From Octopus vulgaris (lineage: Eukaryota): 64,000 bases of DNA. Below, piece by piece: positions 12,826-27,169 of this stretch (positions within the stretch are counted from its first letter, which is position 1; every line of letters starts with the position of its first letter). The stretch spans positions 76,756,001 to 76,820,000 of the forward strand of contig OX597822.1 of NCBI GenBank assembly GCA_951406725.2, read 5' to 3'. The notes below the pieces were generated by a model. The model was not told the DNA's origin. It searched no databases and was given only the letters and a program-made list of their open reading frames with translations. A program made the translations under genes and the position numbers.

Positions 12826-12940
12826 ATGTTGGTTTGTTTATGTCCTCAAAACTGGTGTTGGTTTGTTTGTGTCCTCAAAACTGGTGTTGGTTTGTTTATG
12901 TCCTCAAAACTGGTGTTGGTTTGTTTATGTCCTCAAAACT
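12826..12940. repeat. 29-bp tandem repeat, about 4 copies, within a SINE
   Basis: CTGGTGTTGGTTTGTTTATGTCCTCAAAA at 12852, 12881 and 12910 plus a partial copy. Confidence 0.9.
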
Positions 12941-13670
12941 CAGAGGTTCATCAAAAGACAGATAGAATAAGATCCAGGCTAAAAAAATAACCCCAGAAAA
13001 TTAGTATTGGGTTTGATTCATTCACCAAAAAATTCTACAAGGTGGTGCCCCAGCATGGCCACTGACCAACAGAAGCCCATTTTCCAGTAACCGTCTTGTA
13101 TTTCCTGTATTTCTCCATTCAGTATTCTGAGCCTGAATGAGCCAGGTTCCTGTTAGAGGCCTGAAAAACTTTAAGACACATGGAGCCAAATAAAACTGTT
13201 TTAAATCATCATCATCATCATCATTTAACATCTGTTGTCCATAGTGGCATGGGTTGGATGGTTTGACCAGGGCTGGCATGCTGGAAGGCTGCACCAGGTT
13301 CCAGTCTGATTTGGCATGATTTTCTACAGTTGGATGCCCTTCTTAACACCAACCACTCCAAGAGTGTAATGAGTGCTTTTATGTGCCACTGGCACAGGTG
13401 CCATTTGTGTGACAATTTGTCATTTAATTGGCACCTGTGCTGGTGGCACATAAACACACCCCAGAGTCATGAAAATGGCACATAAAAGGTATATCTGTGC
13501 GTGTGTGTGTGAGACTTCCTACTGCCTGACAACTGGTGTTGGTTTGTTTGTGTCTTCATAACTTAGCTGTTCAGCAAAAGAGACTGATAGGATATTTATG
13601 AGTACTGGAGTTGAGAAGCAAGTGACAAGTGACAAACACAAGCAGAAAGACACATGACCACACACACACA

Positions 13671-13735
<65 letters not shown>

Positions 13736-14354
13736 AGACACACATGCACACACAGATATATGCATGATTAGCTTCCTTACAGTTTCCACCTACCAAATTC
13801 ACTCTCAAGGAAAATGTCACCCCAGTACTCTATAGCAAAAGATACTTGCTCAAGGTGCTGCATAGTGGGACTGAACCTGAAACCTCATGGTTGCAAAATG
13901 AGCTTCTTAACCACACGGCCATGTCGAATGTTTCTTGAACTTGTGGTGCTGAGTTCAAGCTCATATTTGTGTGAGTGTCACTTGAGGAAGAACGAGGCTA
14001 CAGTCTGTCAGTTTTTTTATGATTGTAAGTAATGTGAACACACTGTCTTCAGGTAGTACTCCCACCACCACCAGCGTCACCATCACCTAATTACAGCTTG
14101 ACCTCTTTTAGGTTATTGGATAAACTTAATCTCTTGTGGGAGTTTCGGAGTCCATTCCAGCGTGAAAATTGGAATAAATTGCTGCACATCGCAACGTCTT
14201 CTAATGTCAGTAGAATTATTCAGACATAACAACTGAAGCTTAATGGAATTATAACACAGACATAACGGAATTCACAAGTCTGACTTAGCAGAAGTGAGAA
14301 GAAGAAGAAACAGAACGGCTAAAGAATTGGAAAATACAAACGAAAACTGTATGG

Positions 14355-14456
14355 GGATGGGTGGAAGGATGGACGGACGGATGGATGGATGGATGGATGG
14401 AAGGATGGATGGATGGAAGGATGGATGGATGGAAGGATGGATGGATGGACGGAGGG

Positions 14457-14489
<33 letters not shown>

Positions 14490-15070
14490 AGGATGGATGG
14501 ATGAACGGAGGGATGGATGGATGGACAGACGGATGGATGGATGGATGGACAGATGGACGGATAGATGGCTGGCTGGCTGGATGGAAGGATGGACGGATGG
14601 GGAGATGGATGGATGGACAGATGGATGGATGGGTGGATGGATGGACGGAGTGATGGATGGATGGATGGACGGAGAGATGGATCGATGGATGGATGGGGGG
14701 ATGGATGGATGGAGGGATGGAGGGATGGACAGGGGTGGATGGCAGGATGGATGGGTGGACGGATGGATGGACAGACAGACAGATGGAGGGATGGATGTAT
14801 AGACAGATGGACGGGTGGATGGATGGACAGATGGATGGATGGATGGATGGACAGACGGAGGGATGGATGGATGGCCCGATGGACGGAGGGGTGAATGGAT
14901 GGATGAACAGATGGATGGACAGATGGACAGTGGGATGGATGGATGGATGAACGAACAGATGGACGGAGTGCTGGATGGGTGGATGGATGGATGGATGGGC
15001 GGACAGATGAATAGACAGATGGATGGAGGGAGGTATGGATGGAAAGATGGACAAATGGATGGAAGGATGG
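14355..15070. repeat. (GGAT)n/(GGAC) tetranucleotide satellite
   Basis: About 700 bp of degenerate GGAT repeats. Confidence 0.95.
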
Positions 15071-15705
15071 CCAAATCAATGCTCATCATTATCATCATCA
15101 TTGTCATCATCGTTTTGACATCCATTTTTCCATGTTCCCATGTGCTGGATGAAATTTGTTAAGGTGGACGGATTCCCTATGGCCAGATGCTCTTCCTGTC
15201 ACCAATCCTCGATTGATTTCAAGAAAGGCAGTATTTCTCCATGACCAGATATGTTTTCATGGAAAATTGAAAACAAAGGACACCACTTACACAACAATGA
15301 TGCTCATTTACAGCTATCACATCAGGTCAAGGCAAAGCAAATAACATACACATACACATGCACATTCATATACATACACATATGTATATATACATAGATA
15401 TACATGCGACAGGCTTCTTTCAGTTTCCTTTTACCAGGTCCACTTACAAGATTTTGGTTATAATAGAAGATTTGGGGTTATGATAGAAAACAGGTGCCGA
15501 AAATGCTACTTAATGGGACTGAACCCAGAACCATAGGGTTGGGAAGCAAACTTCTTCCCACACAGCCACACTTACACCAAAATACTTGCCAGATAAAAAT
15601 ACCTTGTGGTACTTTCTTAAACCCTTTATGTTTTCAACCTAAATCCCATCCAGGCCCAGTTTGCTGTTCACTCTTCCAAGGTTAATACAATATGTACCAG
15701 TTTAT

Positions 15706-16207
15706 TAAGGCAGTGAGCTAGCAGAAATGTTAGCATGTTGGGCAAAACACTTAGTAGTATTTCGCCTGTCATTACGTTCTGAGTTCAAATTCCGCCGAGG
15801 TCAACTTTGCTTTTCATCCTTTTGGGGTTGATAAATTAAATACCACTTGCATACTGGAGTTGGTCTAATTGAATGGTCGCTTCCCCCAAAATTTCTGACT
15901 TTGTGCCTAGAGTAGAAAGGATTATTATTATCATTATTATTATCATCATCATCATCATCATCTTCATCATCATCATCATTATTATTATTAAAGGCGGCAA
16001 GCTAGCAGAAATATTAGCATGCCTGGTGAAATGCTTAACGGTATTTCGTCTGTCTTTACATTCTGAGTTCAAAATCCACCGAGGTCGACTTTGCCTCTCA
16101 TCCTTTCAGGGTCAATAAATTAAGTACTAGTTGCATACTGGGGTTGATCTAATCGACTGGCCCCCTCTCCCAAAATTTCGGGCCTTGTGCCTAGAGTAGA
16201 AAGGAAT
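15706..16207 (+). mobile_element. Two tandem tRNA-SINE copies (Meta-domain-like)
   Basis: Two full AAGGC..GCTAGCAGAAA...CCTAGAGTAGAAAGGA units separated by (ATT/ATC)n. Confidence 0.75.
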
Positions 16208-17447
16208 ATGTACCAGTTTATAAGATATGTGTTGGGGAAGAGATAATTTATTAACTATATATATCTTATATATATATATATATATATATAAATACATATA
16301 TATATATATATATCTTAGAATGCAATACTCCAGCTTGGCCATAGGGCAATAACTGAAACTAGTAAAGACAAAAAATAATAAATGAAAGAAAATCAACATA
16401 CAACACATAAGTACTGTTTTGTCTTAGTGACTGGAAAGTTTAAAGCGGTTCTAATTAAGTGAGATGTGGTCTTATAATTAAGTCCATCTCTGTATGTATT
16501 ATTATTAGTAGCTCTGTTGGTATTAGTAGATCTGTAATAGTATTTTATCATGGTTGGTTGATTATTAGAGTTGGTCAACCATCACTTAAAATCATCATCA
16601 TCATCATCATCATCATTATCAAGTCATATTTCTGCATGCTTGAATGGCTCAGATAGAATCTGTTAAAGCAAATTTTCGGTGGTTGGATGCACTTCCTGTT
16701 GCCAACCTTCACCTGCTTCCAGCCAAGGTAATATTTCCCTATGCCTGTCTGTCAGTATTTATGTATGTATGTATATATGTTGGTGTGTTTGTACATATGT
16801 ATCCATTCATCCATTTTCTTCTATTTCTAATTATTTAAAATCTTTCTGTGGAGAAACGACCTGGTTTCTAACAATGATATAAAGTTGCATCATTGAAATG
16901 TAGATAACAAAAAACGAATTCCCATTTTGGACTTGATAAAATCTTGCATAATTTTACTGTTCCACTTACTGATTGTTTTTATAATATGCTTGTTCGGTGG
17001 GTGATTTCTTTTACAGCAAACACCAACTTATTCAGATTCTCAGTTAGGTATTTACACAGAAAACCAATTTCACCAATCAGTCATTTTATATTCTGGCAAA
17101 AAACCAGCAATTTCAGGATAGGGGGTAAGTTAATTACATTGACCCCAGTACATAACTGGTACTTATCTTATTGATCCAGAAAGGAAAAAATGCAAAGTTG
17201 ACCATAGCAGAATTTGAACCCTGAATGTGAAGCATTTTGCTCAACAACCTAACGATTCTGCCAAATTACCTTAAGTTCACCGATTATTCATCATCATTAT
17301 TTAACGTCCGTTTTCCATGCTGGCATGGGCTGGACGGTCTGACTGAGGTCTGGAAAGCCAGTGGCTGCACCAGGCTCCAATCTCATCTGGCAATGTTTCT
17401 ACAGCTGGATGCCCTTCTTAATGCCAACCACTCCATGAGTTTAGTGG

Positions 17448-17736
17448 GTGCTTTTTACATACCACCAGCACAGGAGCTAGTCAGGTGGCCCAGGCATTGA
17501 CCACATTTAGATAGTGCTTTTTACATGCCACTGTCATGGGAGCCAGTCAGGGGGCACTGGCATCGGCCACGCTTGGATGGTGCATTTTACATGTCACCAG
17601 CACAGGAGCCAGTCAGATGGCCCTGGCATCAATCACATTCGGCTAGTGATTTTTACATGTCACCGGCACAAGAGCCAGTCAGAGGGCACTGGCATTGGCC
17701 ACATTCAGATGGTGCTTCTTGCATTCCACCGGCACA
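17448..17736. repeat. 66-bp minisatellite, about 4.4 copies, within a SINE
   Basis: GTGC(T)TTTTACAT...AGCCAGTCAG...GGCAT..CCACATTC units at 17448, 17514, 17580, 17646 and 17712. Confidence 0.9.
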
Positions 17737-18438
17737 TATTATTAGTATAAATGTGCCACTGGCATGCATCATTGGTATAAATGGGAATTGGTAATCTGGG
17801 GATAGAAGCTGGAACTTTCATGGGTGGAATTTTGTAGTTATCTTCTTTCCCATTGATTTGCAAAGGGATACTCATGTCAGTAGGGCAGCTGACCTCAGAG
17901 GTGCAACACACATTCCTTGGACACATCATGCCAGCCAGTATGGACCATAGACATTAAAAGATGCTGATGATGAAGATGATGATGATGATGACGACAACGA
18001 TGATGATGATGTTGATGTTGATGACGATGATGATGATGAAGATGACAATGATGATGATGATGATGACAATGATAATGATGATAATTTGATTTCATCAATT
18101 AGTTATGTCAACTTTTCCATGCTATCTTAACAAAACAGATATCAACCTACCTGTATTAATAAGATAAGCTAAAAATCTTTGAGCCCAAACCCCCTTGTCT
18201 CATGACCATTTGATTTTGGCCATGCTGGGGCATTGCCTTGACAAATCTTTAGTTGAATGAAATGATTCCAATATTTCTTTTCTTTTTTTATTTAAGCTTG
18301 GTACTTAGTCTTTTGGTCTCTTTTGCTGAGAATTTAAGTTACAGGGACATAAACACACCAACACTGGTTTCCAGCACTGATAGGGACAAACGCAGACACA
18401 TAGATGCACATACACACAGAGAAATATGATATACATAC

Positions 18439-18475
<37 letters not shown>

Positions 18476-19198
18476 CAGATGGATGGACAGACGGACAGAC
18501 AAATGGATAGATACACATCATGTGCTTCTTCCAGTTTCCATCTACCAAATCCACTCACAAGCCTTTTGTCACCCAAAGGATATCACAGAAGACACTTACT
18601 CAAGGTACTATGCAGTAGGACTGAGCCCGGAACCACGTGGTCAAGAAGCAAAATTCTTACTGCACAGCCAGCCATGCCTGCACCTATAGGTATGGTCATT
18701 TAGGATTGACCTGGGGGGGTTAAGCAGCCACAACAACATCAACAACAATATGAATGAAGAAAGAACAGCAGCGGAACACTGATGCACCACCTTCACAACC
18801 AGCTATCTCTACCCCACCGACCCTCACTCCACCCCACCCCACCACTAACGAAGCTGTTTTGATGGCAAATAAAAGCTGCTGATATGATTCACAAGAAATT
18901 TTATCTAATTGAAACAGAGTCAGATGTCTTTTGTTCAACATACAGACAAAAGAAGAAGAGAGAAAGAAAATAAAGAACTCCATAGAAAACATAGGCATTT
19001 ACCAAATTTTCCGAGACCTCACATGTCATCATCCAATTTCCAACAAACGGTTAGAATAATTGTTTGTTGGATATTAACCTGTTAGCCAATATATATATCA
19101 CAGTAACTGCTCTACTTACTAATTCACAGATGCCATCCAAAATCACAACAATGAACCAATAACAACTCTCATATGATGTGATGTGTGATACGGCTTAA

Positions 19199-19232
<34 letters not shown>

Positions 19233-20045
19233 GTTTCTTTTATTTCTTTCAGTCAGTTGACTGCGGCCATGCTGGAGCACCACCTTTAGTCAAACACATC
19301 GACCCTAGGACTTATTCTTTGGAAGCCTAGTACTTATTATATCGGTCTCTTTGCCGAACTGCTAAGTTACGGGGACGTAAACATGCCAGCATCAGTTGTC
19401 AAGTGATGTTGGGGGGACAAACACAGAGAACAAAACATACACACACATATACATATATACGACAGGCTTCTTTCAGTTGCCGTCTGCCAAATTCACTCAC
19501 AAGGCTTTGGTCAGCCCAAGGTGCCACACAGTGGGGCTGAACCCAGAACCATGTAGTTCGTAAGCAAGCTACTTACCACACAGCCACATCTGCACCTATA
19601 TATATATATGGAAAAGATTTAATTTTTTGTTTAACTTATTCTTTTTCCTTTTTCTTTTTGCTTTTAATCTTTTATCCTTTTAATTGTTTTGGTCATTAAT
19701 CTGCAGTCATGACGGGGATCCATCTCAAAGGGTTTAGTCAAACAAATAGACCCAAGTACATATTTTTTTGAAGCCTGGTATTTATTTTATCTGTCTCTTT
19801 TTTTTTTTGACAAACTATTAAGTTACAGAGACATAAACAAACCAACACCAGTCGTCACACACATACACAAAAACACACACATAGATATACATTTACACAC
19901 ACATACACAAGCACACACATATATATTTGAAAAGAAGGATAAAATAACTTTCCTGATAATTTTCCTACTTTAATAATTGAATATTATTACAGTGGGAAAA
20001 TTATCAGAAAAGTTATTTCCATTCATTTTTTCAAATACATAATCC

Positions 20046-20145
20046 TGTACATTATTTACATTTGATGGATATTTGTCCTCATCTTGTTTGTTGTTAACAC
20101 AACATTTTGTCTGATATACCCTCCAGCCATCATCAGATGTCTTGG
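20046..20145 (-). mobile_element. Hammerhead-tail copy (same family)
   Basis: Minus strand GACATCTGATGATGGCTGGAGGGTATATCAGACAAAATGTTGTGTT. Confidence 0.75.
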
Positions 20146-20804
20146 CGTAGTTGTTCATCTGGAACTATTGTTGTCAGAACCGATGGAGTGCGAATTATTC
20201 ATAGATAGATTTTAACGTATCAGAGTCATTGATAGAAAATTCAGCTACAATCAGACATTGACAAACATCCAGCACTACGAACAATAATACAACCTAAAAT
20301 GATTTTAAACGAAATTAAATTCAAATACAAATTAATATTATTGTCAATATTACCACAGTCTTTTAGTTAAATTAAATTCAAATCGATATTAATTTGTTAT
20401 ACATAATATTATTGTCCATTCAGAACAAGCTTGAATTTCTCAATAAAATCCTTTACTGTTTCTCTTCTTGTAACCTTACTGAGTCATAAAGTTTGCAAAA
20501 TGGAAATATTAAAAACATTTTTACTATTGCATGTTTCTAAATGATAACTTAATGGGATCTGACAGACATTAGGGTCACTAATTTGTTGCCAGTGTACTCG
20601 TCTGCAATCTAATTATGAGTTTCCTGTCTGGCCAGTATATAATTATTCACAATTCCAGCATTTAATGCAAATGTTTTCTACTATAACCCCAGGTTGATGC
20701 TACTACTCCTATCCTCTGGCCATTACCATTATCAATAACATTGGCACCACAACCACTAACAAGACCACCACTACTATCACTGCTACTTTCACCAACAATA
20801 GGTG

Positions 20805-21210
20805 TAGGCATATCAATGTGGTTAAGAAGCTTGCTTTGAAACCGTGCAGTTTCAGGTTCAGTCACACTGCATAGCACCTTGGATGTCTTCTGTTATAGCC
20901 CCAGACCATTCAGTGCCTTGTGAGTGAATTTGGTACATAAAAACTGTGTGGAAGCCCATTTTGTGCATATATGTGTGTGTGTGAGTGTGTGGAATGTGTG
21001 TGTGTGTGTCTCTCAGTTTGCCCACCACCTCTTCACAACTGGTGTTGGTGTGTTTACATCCCTGTAACTTAGTGTTTCAGCAAAAGCGGCTGATAGAATA
21101 AGGATGAGGCCTGAAAAAGTAAGTACTGGGGTCAATTTGACTAAAATTCTTCAAGGTGGTGCCCCAGCATGGTCACAGTCTAATGACTGAAACAAGTAAA
21201 GGGTAAAAGA
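20805..21210 (+). mobile_element. Abundant tRNA-SINE with internal (TG/TA)n
   Basis: GTGGTTAAGAAGCTTGC, GGTTCAGTC, internal microsatellite, tail ACTGAAACAAGTAAA. Relatives at 9047-9383, 12620-13065, 19235-19598(-), 45900-46290(-), 46780-47290, 58120-58785(-) and 61591-62028(-). Confidence 0.75.
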
Positions 21211-21221
21211 AAGTCAATACA

Positions 21222-22743
21222 GTACTATATTTGAGAGATAAGGAATTATTTACATTATTTACATTTGACGGATAATTGTCCTCATCTTGCTTGATAACAC
21301 GTTTTGGCTCCAGCATTCATCAGGTGTCTTGGGGAAATTTCGAACCTAGGTTTTCATTCCCAAGATTCTGAGTTCGATTCCAGGCAGTGACCTGAATAAT
21401 AACAATAATAATAATAATAATAATAATAATACTGAACTCAATGCTGCAAACAAAATAGAAGCCACTAACACACTTGCAGTACCAATCCTAGCTTACAGTT
21501 TCAACATATTCAACTGGCAAATGAGCGAAATAAAGAAGCTAGACTCCAAGACCATGGCTCAAATAAACCACCTAAAAGCGGACATGAACAGGATTTATCT
21601 ACTGAGAAGCATGGGAGGAAGAGGACTAACTCAATTAGAATTATCTTACAAACCACCATGTATTCAATCCACCACTGTAGGATTAAATACATATCTTGAG
21701 CTATCAAAAAATCTTCTAATAAAGCTTGTGCACCAGCATGATAAATAAAAAAGCTATACTTGGTATACAAAGAATCTGTACAGTTTAAGAAACAACTGAT
21801 GATGGAGGAACCTAGGATGAAGGCGAGTGAGAAAGTAACCAAGTTTGTTAAAAGAGTTAAGGAAGAGATGAAAAACAAGCCCTGAAGAAGAGCAAAGAAG
21901 AATGGATAGAAAAACCGATGCATGGCTGATACCCATGTAGAGTGAACAAACCAGATGTAGAAAAATGAGACACTCATGTATGGATGAAGAGTTCAGGACT
22001 GAAGGCTGAAACTGAAAATTTTATCAAAGCAGCACAAGATCAAAGCTTGGCAACCAGGGCTTACCACAACAAAATGAACGATGACACTGACCCGAAATGC
22101 AGAATGTCATGAACAGGATGAAATGGTGGACCACATCTTAAATGGATGCACAGTGCTTGCAGAAACTGAATATATTCATAGACATGATAGAGTAGCGCAA
22201 TGTATCCATTGGATGATATGTAAACACTACCAGCTTCCAACTTCAGAAAGATGGTACCAGCATAAACCTGAAACTGTGACCAGAAAAGATGATATAACAG
22301 TTCTCTGGGACATGCCAATCAACACCAATTAAGAAATCAAGGCAAACTGGCCAGACATAATCATCAAAGATGTGAAGAATAAGAAATGCTTAATGATAGA
22401 TGTGACAGTACCATCAGAGAGAAATGTGTCCATTAAAGAAGTTGAGTAGTTATTTAAGTATAAAGACCTAGAAATAGAAGTGACCAAGATGTGCGGAATG
22501 AAAAGCAGCACAGCACCAGTGGTGATTGGAGCATTAGGGCTAATTAAAAAGAGCCTTGATAAGCAGTTAAACACACTTCCTAGCAGTGTTAACGTGGGAG
22601 AACTTGAGAAAATAGTGTTGCTAGGTTCTGCACACATTTAACGCCATGTACTCTCCATGAGATGAGGACCTATTGTGACACTAAGGTCAAGGGATTACCC
22701 CGGTTCAGCAGAAGACAACAGACCATATTTTATTTTAAAATGA

Positions 22744-22835
<92 letters not shown>

Positions 22836-22926
22836 TCAAAAATACCCAGGTTCGAAATTTCCCCAAGATACCTGATGAAGGCTGCAGGGTATATCAGCTG
22901 AAACATTGTGTTAACAACAAACAAGA
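21222..22926. mobile_element. Second copy of the tRNA/hammerhead element, split by the Dong insertion
   Basis: Inverted tail 21222-21360; head half with B box GTTCGATTCC (21362-21395); (AAT)n; Dong; (TAA)n; tail 22832-22926 with CTGATGAAGGCTGCAGGGTATATCAGCTGAAACATTGTGTT. Confidence 0.75.
21430..22742 (+). mobile_element. Dong/R4-clade non-LTR retrotransposon, 5'-truncated (RT end, CCHC knuckle, REL endonuclease)
   Basis: Broken frames read GGRGL, LKAETE..IKAAQDQ, KCRMC..E.VDHILNGC, YIHRHD, LWDMPI.T, PDIII, IDVTVP, KYKDL, PVVIGALG. Flanked on both sides by (TAA)n, the known Dong target. Confidence 0.9.
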
Positions 22927-23874
22927 ATTCCTCTCAGCACATGGTTATGATGCTCCCCCACTACTTCTGCTCGTGACCAGAGTTGTACATATCGTCAGCC
23001 ACTAAGGGACATGCTCAACTGGTTAAGATCAAACAACTGACAAGCAAATTTGTGGTATTGAGCAGAATATTTGCTGTAGCCCATTTTTTATACCAAGACA
23101 AAACAATGTACATGATAACACTTCCAATCAGTTAAGATCAAAAGCCATGAGAGCCACTGACTGCACCATTTTGAGTGAGAGAGCAGCACACGCCATCAAA
23201 GTGATGCAGAGGTATTATCATTATTATCATTAAGGAGGCAAGCTGGCAGAATTGTTAGTACACTAGACAAAATGCTTAGCATCCTTTCTTTCCATCTTAG
23301 CATTCTGAGTTCAAATCCTGCCAAGTTCAATCTTGCCTTTTATCCTTTCAGGATCGCTAAAGCACCAGGCACATGTATCACAACCACATGTGCGTGACAT
23401 GGTGATCTCATATCAAAATAAATAGCACATAATCTTGCAGCTGGGACCCAGTTAGAATTTTCTTCAGGTTGAAGAATTCTAACTAACACTGGGGTTAATT
23501 TAATCCCTCAAAATTACAGGCCTTGTGCCTATAGCAGAAAGGATTATTATCACTATTGGTCATTCAGAGTCTTGGTGACCACTGACCTGTAAGAAATGAC
23601 AGCAACCTTCTTAAGCCTTTCTCTGCAGAATGGTTGTAGATGAAATAAAACACCAGTGGATCAAGATCTGGTTGATCATCTCTTGCTAGGCACAATCGTA
23701 CAGATGCAGATAAAGCCCACACACACTGATACAGACAGCTCTATACACTAGTCGTAATGATTTCTAATGCATTGTATGATCTCTAATTCTATTGTCGTTA
23801 TAGCAATCATTGTGCAGTACATAGCCAGTTTTTACTGTTGAATACTCTTGTATAACTAAGTAGATTGATATGTG

Positions 23875-23907
<33 letters not shown>

Positions 23908-24342
23908 TGTGTGCGTGCGTGTGGGTGTGTGTGTGGAGAGAGAGACAGAAGAGACAGACAGACAGACAAACTAACTGACATATGTCTTTCTCATATATTT
24001 ATATAAGTATATACACACGTACACACACACACTCATACACACACATATAATTTCTGCAACTTGATATAAAGTATATGCATATATGCACACACGTATTTGT
24101 ATATGTGTGTATGTATATATATATATTATATATGTGTGTGTGTGTACACACACATACACACATATATATGTATGCACACATATATTTGTGAGTGTGTGTG
24201 TATATATATATATATATGTGTATATATATATATATATGAGTCCAACCCATGCTAGCATGGAAAGCGGACGTTAAACGATGATGATGATGATGATGATATC
24301 AATCTTTATTTCCTACTTCCAAGTTATATATATACATATACA

Positions 24343-24430
<88 letters not shown>

Positions 24431-24979
24431 CTAGTGAGGTGGGGAAAGAGGGAGCGAAAGAATGAAATAAAGTTTTGAGAGAGAGAGTGAAGTAGACTGA
24501 CAAACCTAGATAAACATATATAGTAGCACAGGTGAAGAACTGTGTCCCCTACTGCAGAGAGAATTCAGTTTGCTGCGATGGGATGGTGGTGGGTGGCAAA
24601 GACAACGGTGGGGGTGGTGTTGGTAGCGGTTGATGGATGTTGATAATAGTGTCTGCTGCATAACACAATGAAAATACTGGCGCTGTGGTACAATATTATC
24701 AAAAGATTAAAACCTCCTCGAAATAAAGAAAAAGAAAGAACAGAAAACTATGGAACATGATTTTGGTTCCAACATATTTCCATATTGTTCTACTTAGCAA
24801 TTACCACAGAAAATACTGGAAATTGTTTTAAGTGCTCTGCACATGGATTCTCATATATATATATATGTATATATATATATACATGAGTGTATGCTTGTAC
24901 TTATATATATATGTGTGCATTTGTGTGTGTACATATATTTATATATATATATAAATATATATGAGCGTGTACCTGTACT

Positions 24980-25028
<49 letters not shown>

Positions 25029-25745
25029 ATTTGTGGATGCATGTGTGTGTAAATATATTTATATATATATTTATTTATGTATATATGTATACATATATAT
25101 ATGTATGTGGATATATACGTGTGTGTATATATGTATACATATATATGCATAGATATAGATATAGGTAGATAAATACATAAATAAATAGATAGCTGGATAT
25201 ACATACACACACACATACACATATATCTACTTCCATATCTCTATACATTTATCTACATGCATACATCATAATACCCATCTACACATGTATAAAATATACA
25301 CCCACAAAATGAATCTGGTGTCAGATGGGAATTAATCGTCTAGTGAAACGCGTCCATAATGAATCGCAATTTGTTTCTTTTTTAATGGCAGGAATCTTCA
25401 CATTCCTTCTGCTAATGACTGCAAAAAGTCATGAATGCCACCACTTCTATTTTCTTATGCAACCCTACATTCAATACAATTGAATACTTATTGTTAAATT
25501 GCTCAAATCGCGAAGGATCGATATGAATTCATAGAATCTTGTAACAATCACAGAAAGCTTCTCTGCTGGACTCAGCTATCATATCACACAGTAATCCAAT
25601 ATGGAGAAGTATAATGCAGGGTTCCATGCAGCTGATATTCAAGAGATCCAATCGATGAAATTATTTCCCGAGGAGTATATAGGCCATTAAAAGTCACGAA
25701 GTATGAGAAATGAATATATTTATTTAATCACTTGATACCTGTAGG

Positions 25746-25803
<58 letters not shown>

Positions 25804-26385
25804 ATATAGGATTAAAGAAGATTTAGAAAACCAGGTGTATCCTCAGCACTTCTGCAAATACCTGCTGTGTTAGCAGGTATAAATGTTGACAGTTTTTTTT
25901 TAAAGGAAATTGTCCAAACAAACTGAAATTCTAGGCATATTTATTAGTCATGGAGTATATTACAGTAAGTCAAAGAATGGAGATGATAGTGTTACATTTA
26001 TTTCCTCATTGCAATTGTTAATGATGGAATAAATGTTATACCATCATCTCCATTTGTGAACCTATATACATATATAGGTATATATATCATCATCATCATC
26101 ATCAGCATCATTTAATGCCCGTTGTCCATGCAGGCATGGGCTGGATGGTTTGACCAGGGTTGGTAACCTGGAAGGCTGCATCAGACTCCAATCTGATTTG
26201 GCAAGGTTTCTAAAGCTGGATGCCGTTCCTAATGCCAACCACTTTGAGAGTGTAATGGGTGCTTTTACATGCCACCAGCATGGGTACCATTTGTGTGAAC
26301 ACTGATATCTGCCATGACTGCAGTTTTGTTCAACTTCATGGGTCTTCTTCTCAAGCATGACATAATACCAGAGGTCTCAGTCATT

Positions 26386-26608
26386 GCCTCTGTGAGTTCC
26401 AACACTCGATAGGAACTCAGCCATCTTGCCTCTGTGAGGCCCAATGCTCTTAAGGAGCTTGGCTACTTTGCCTCCATAGGGCCCACTGCTTGAAAGGAAA
26501 GCCACTTTGCTTCTGTGAGGCACAACGCTTGAAAGGAACTCAGTTATTTTGCCCTTGTGAGGCCCAGCACTTGAAAGGAACTCAGCCACTTAGCCTCCGT
26601 GAGGCCCA
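26386..26608. repeat. 42-bp minisatellite, about 5.4 copies
   Basis: GCCTCTGTGAGGCCCAA..CTTGAAAGGAACTCAGCCACTTT units at 26386, 26428, 26470, 26509, 26551 and 26593. Confidence 0.9.
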
Positions 26609-27169
26609 TGTACACATACACACAAACACACAGACACACACACACACATGATGGTCATGCCATTGAGTTTACTGAAGAAATGATACCCTACACTCATCAG
26701 ATGAGCTTAATATTGGGTATAAAGTATAAACTGTCAAATTGCACAAATCCTTTTAAGTCAGTAAAAAAATTATATTTCTTTTATATATAAAGGACAAAGT
26801 CATTAAGATCTAATAGTACAAAGCTGTTAACTCATGCTTGAGAATCAAATAATTATTTCTCTCACCAGGGAAAAAAAAAACAGTGTAGAAATCTAAAAGA
26901 AGATGGAAAATTATAAGTCAAGGAATTTACGCCAAAAAACTGGGAAAGATAAGAAAGCAATGGATTAAGGGGAAGCGACAAAAAGATGAAGGAAGGAAAG
27001 AAGGAATAAAAAAGATTAGAGGACAGAAACATTAAATGGATGAACATCCGAATAGATTGTCTGCTGTGAGAAGCATTGAGGAAAGAGAGGAATCAGAAAT
27101 GTCAATTTTCTTACAGTGGCCTGGATCAGTATTTAACATATACTTCCACTCATATAAATAAAGTGTAAA

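Noticed and set aside
17448-17736. CRISPR-like periodicity
   Set aside because: The whole unit is repeated with no spacers, in a eukaryotic SINE context.
26386-26608. 42-bp array as CRISPR or tandem hammerheads (CTGTGA...GAAA)
   Set aside because: There are no unique spacers or cas genes. The core lacks one nucleotide of CTGANGA and there is no stem I/III or UH site.
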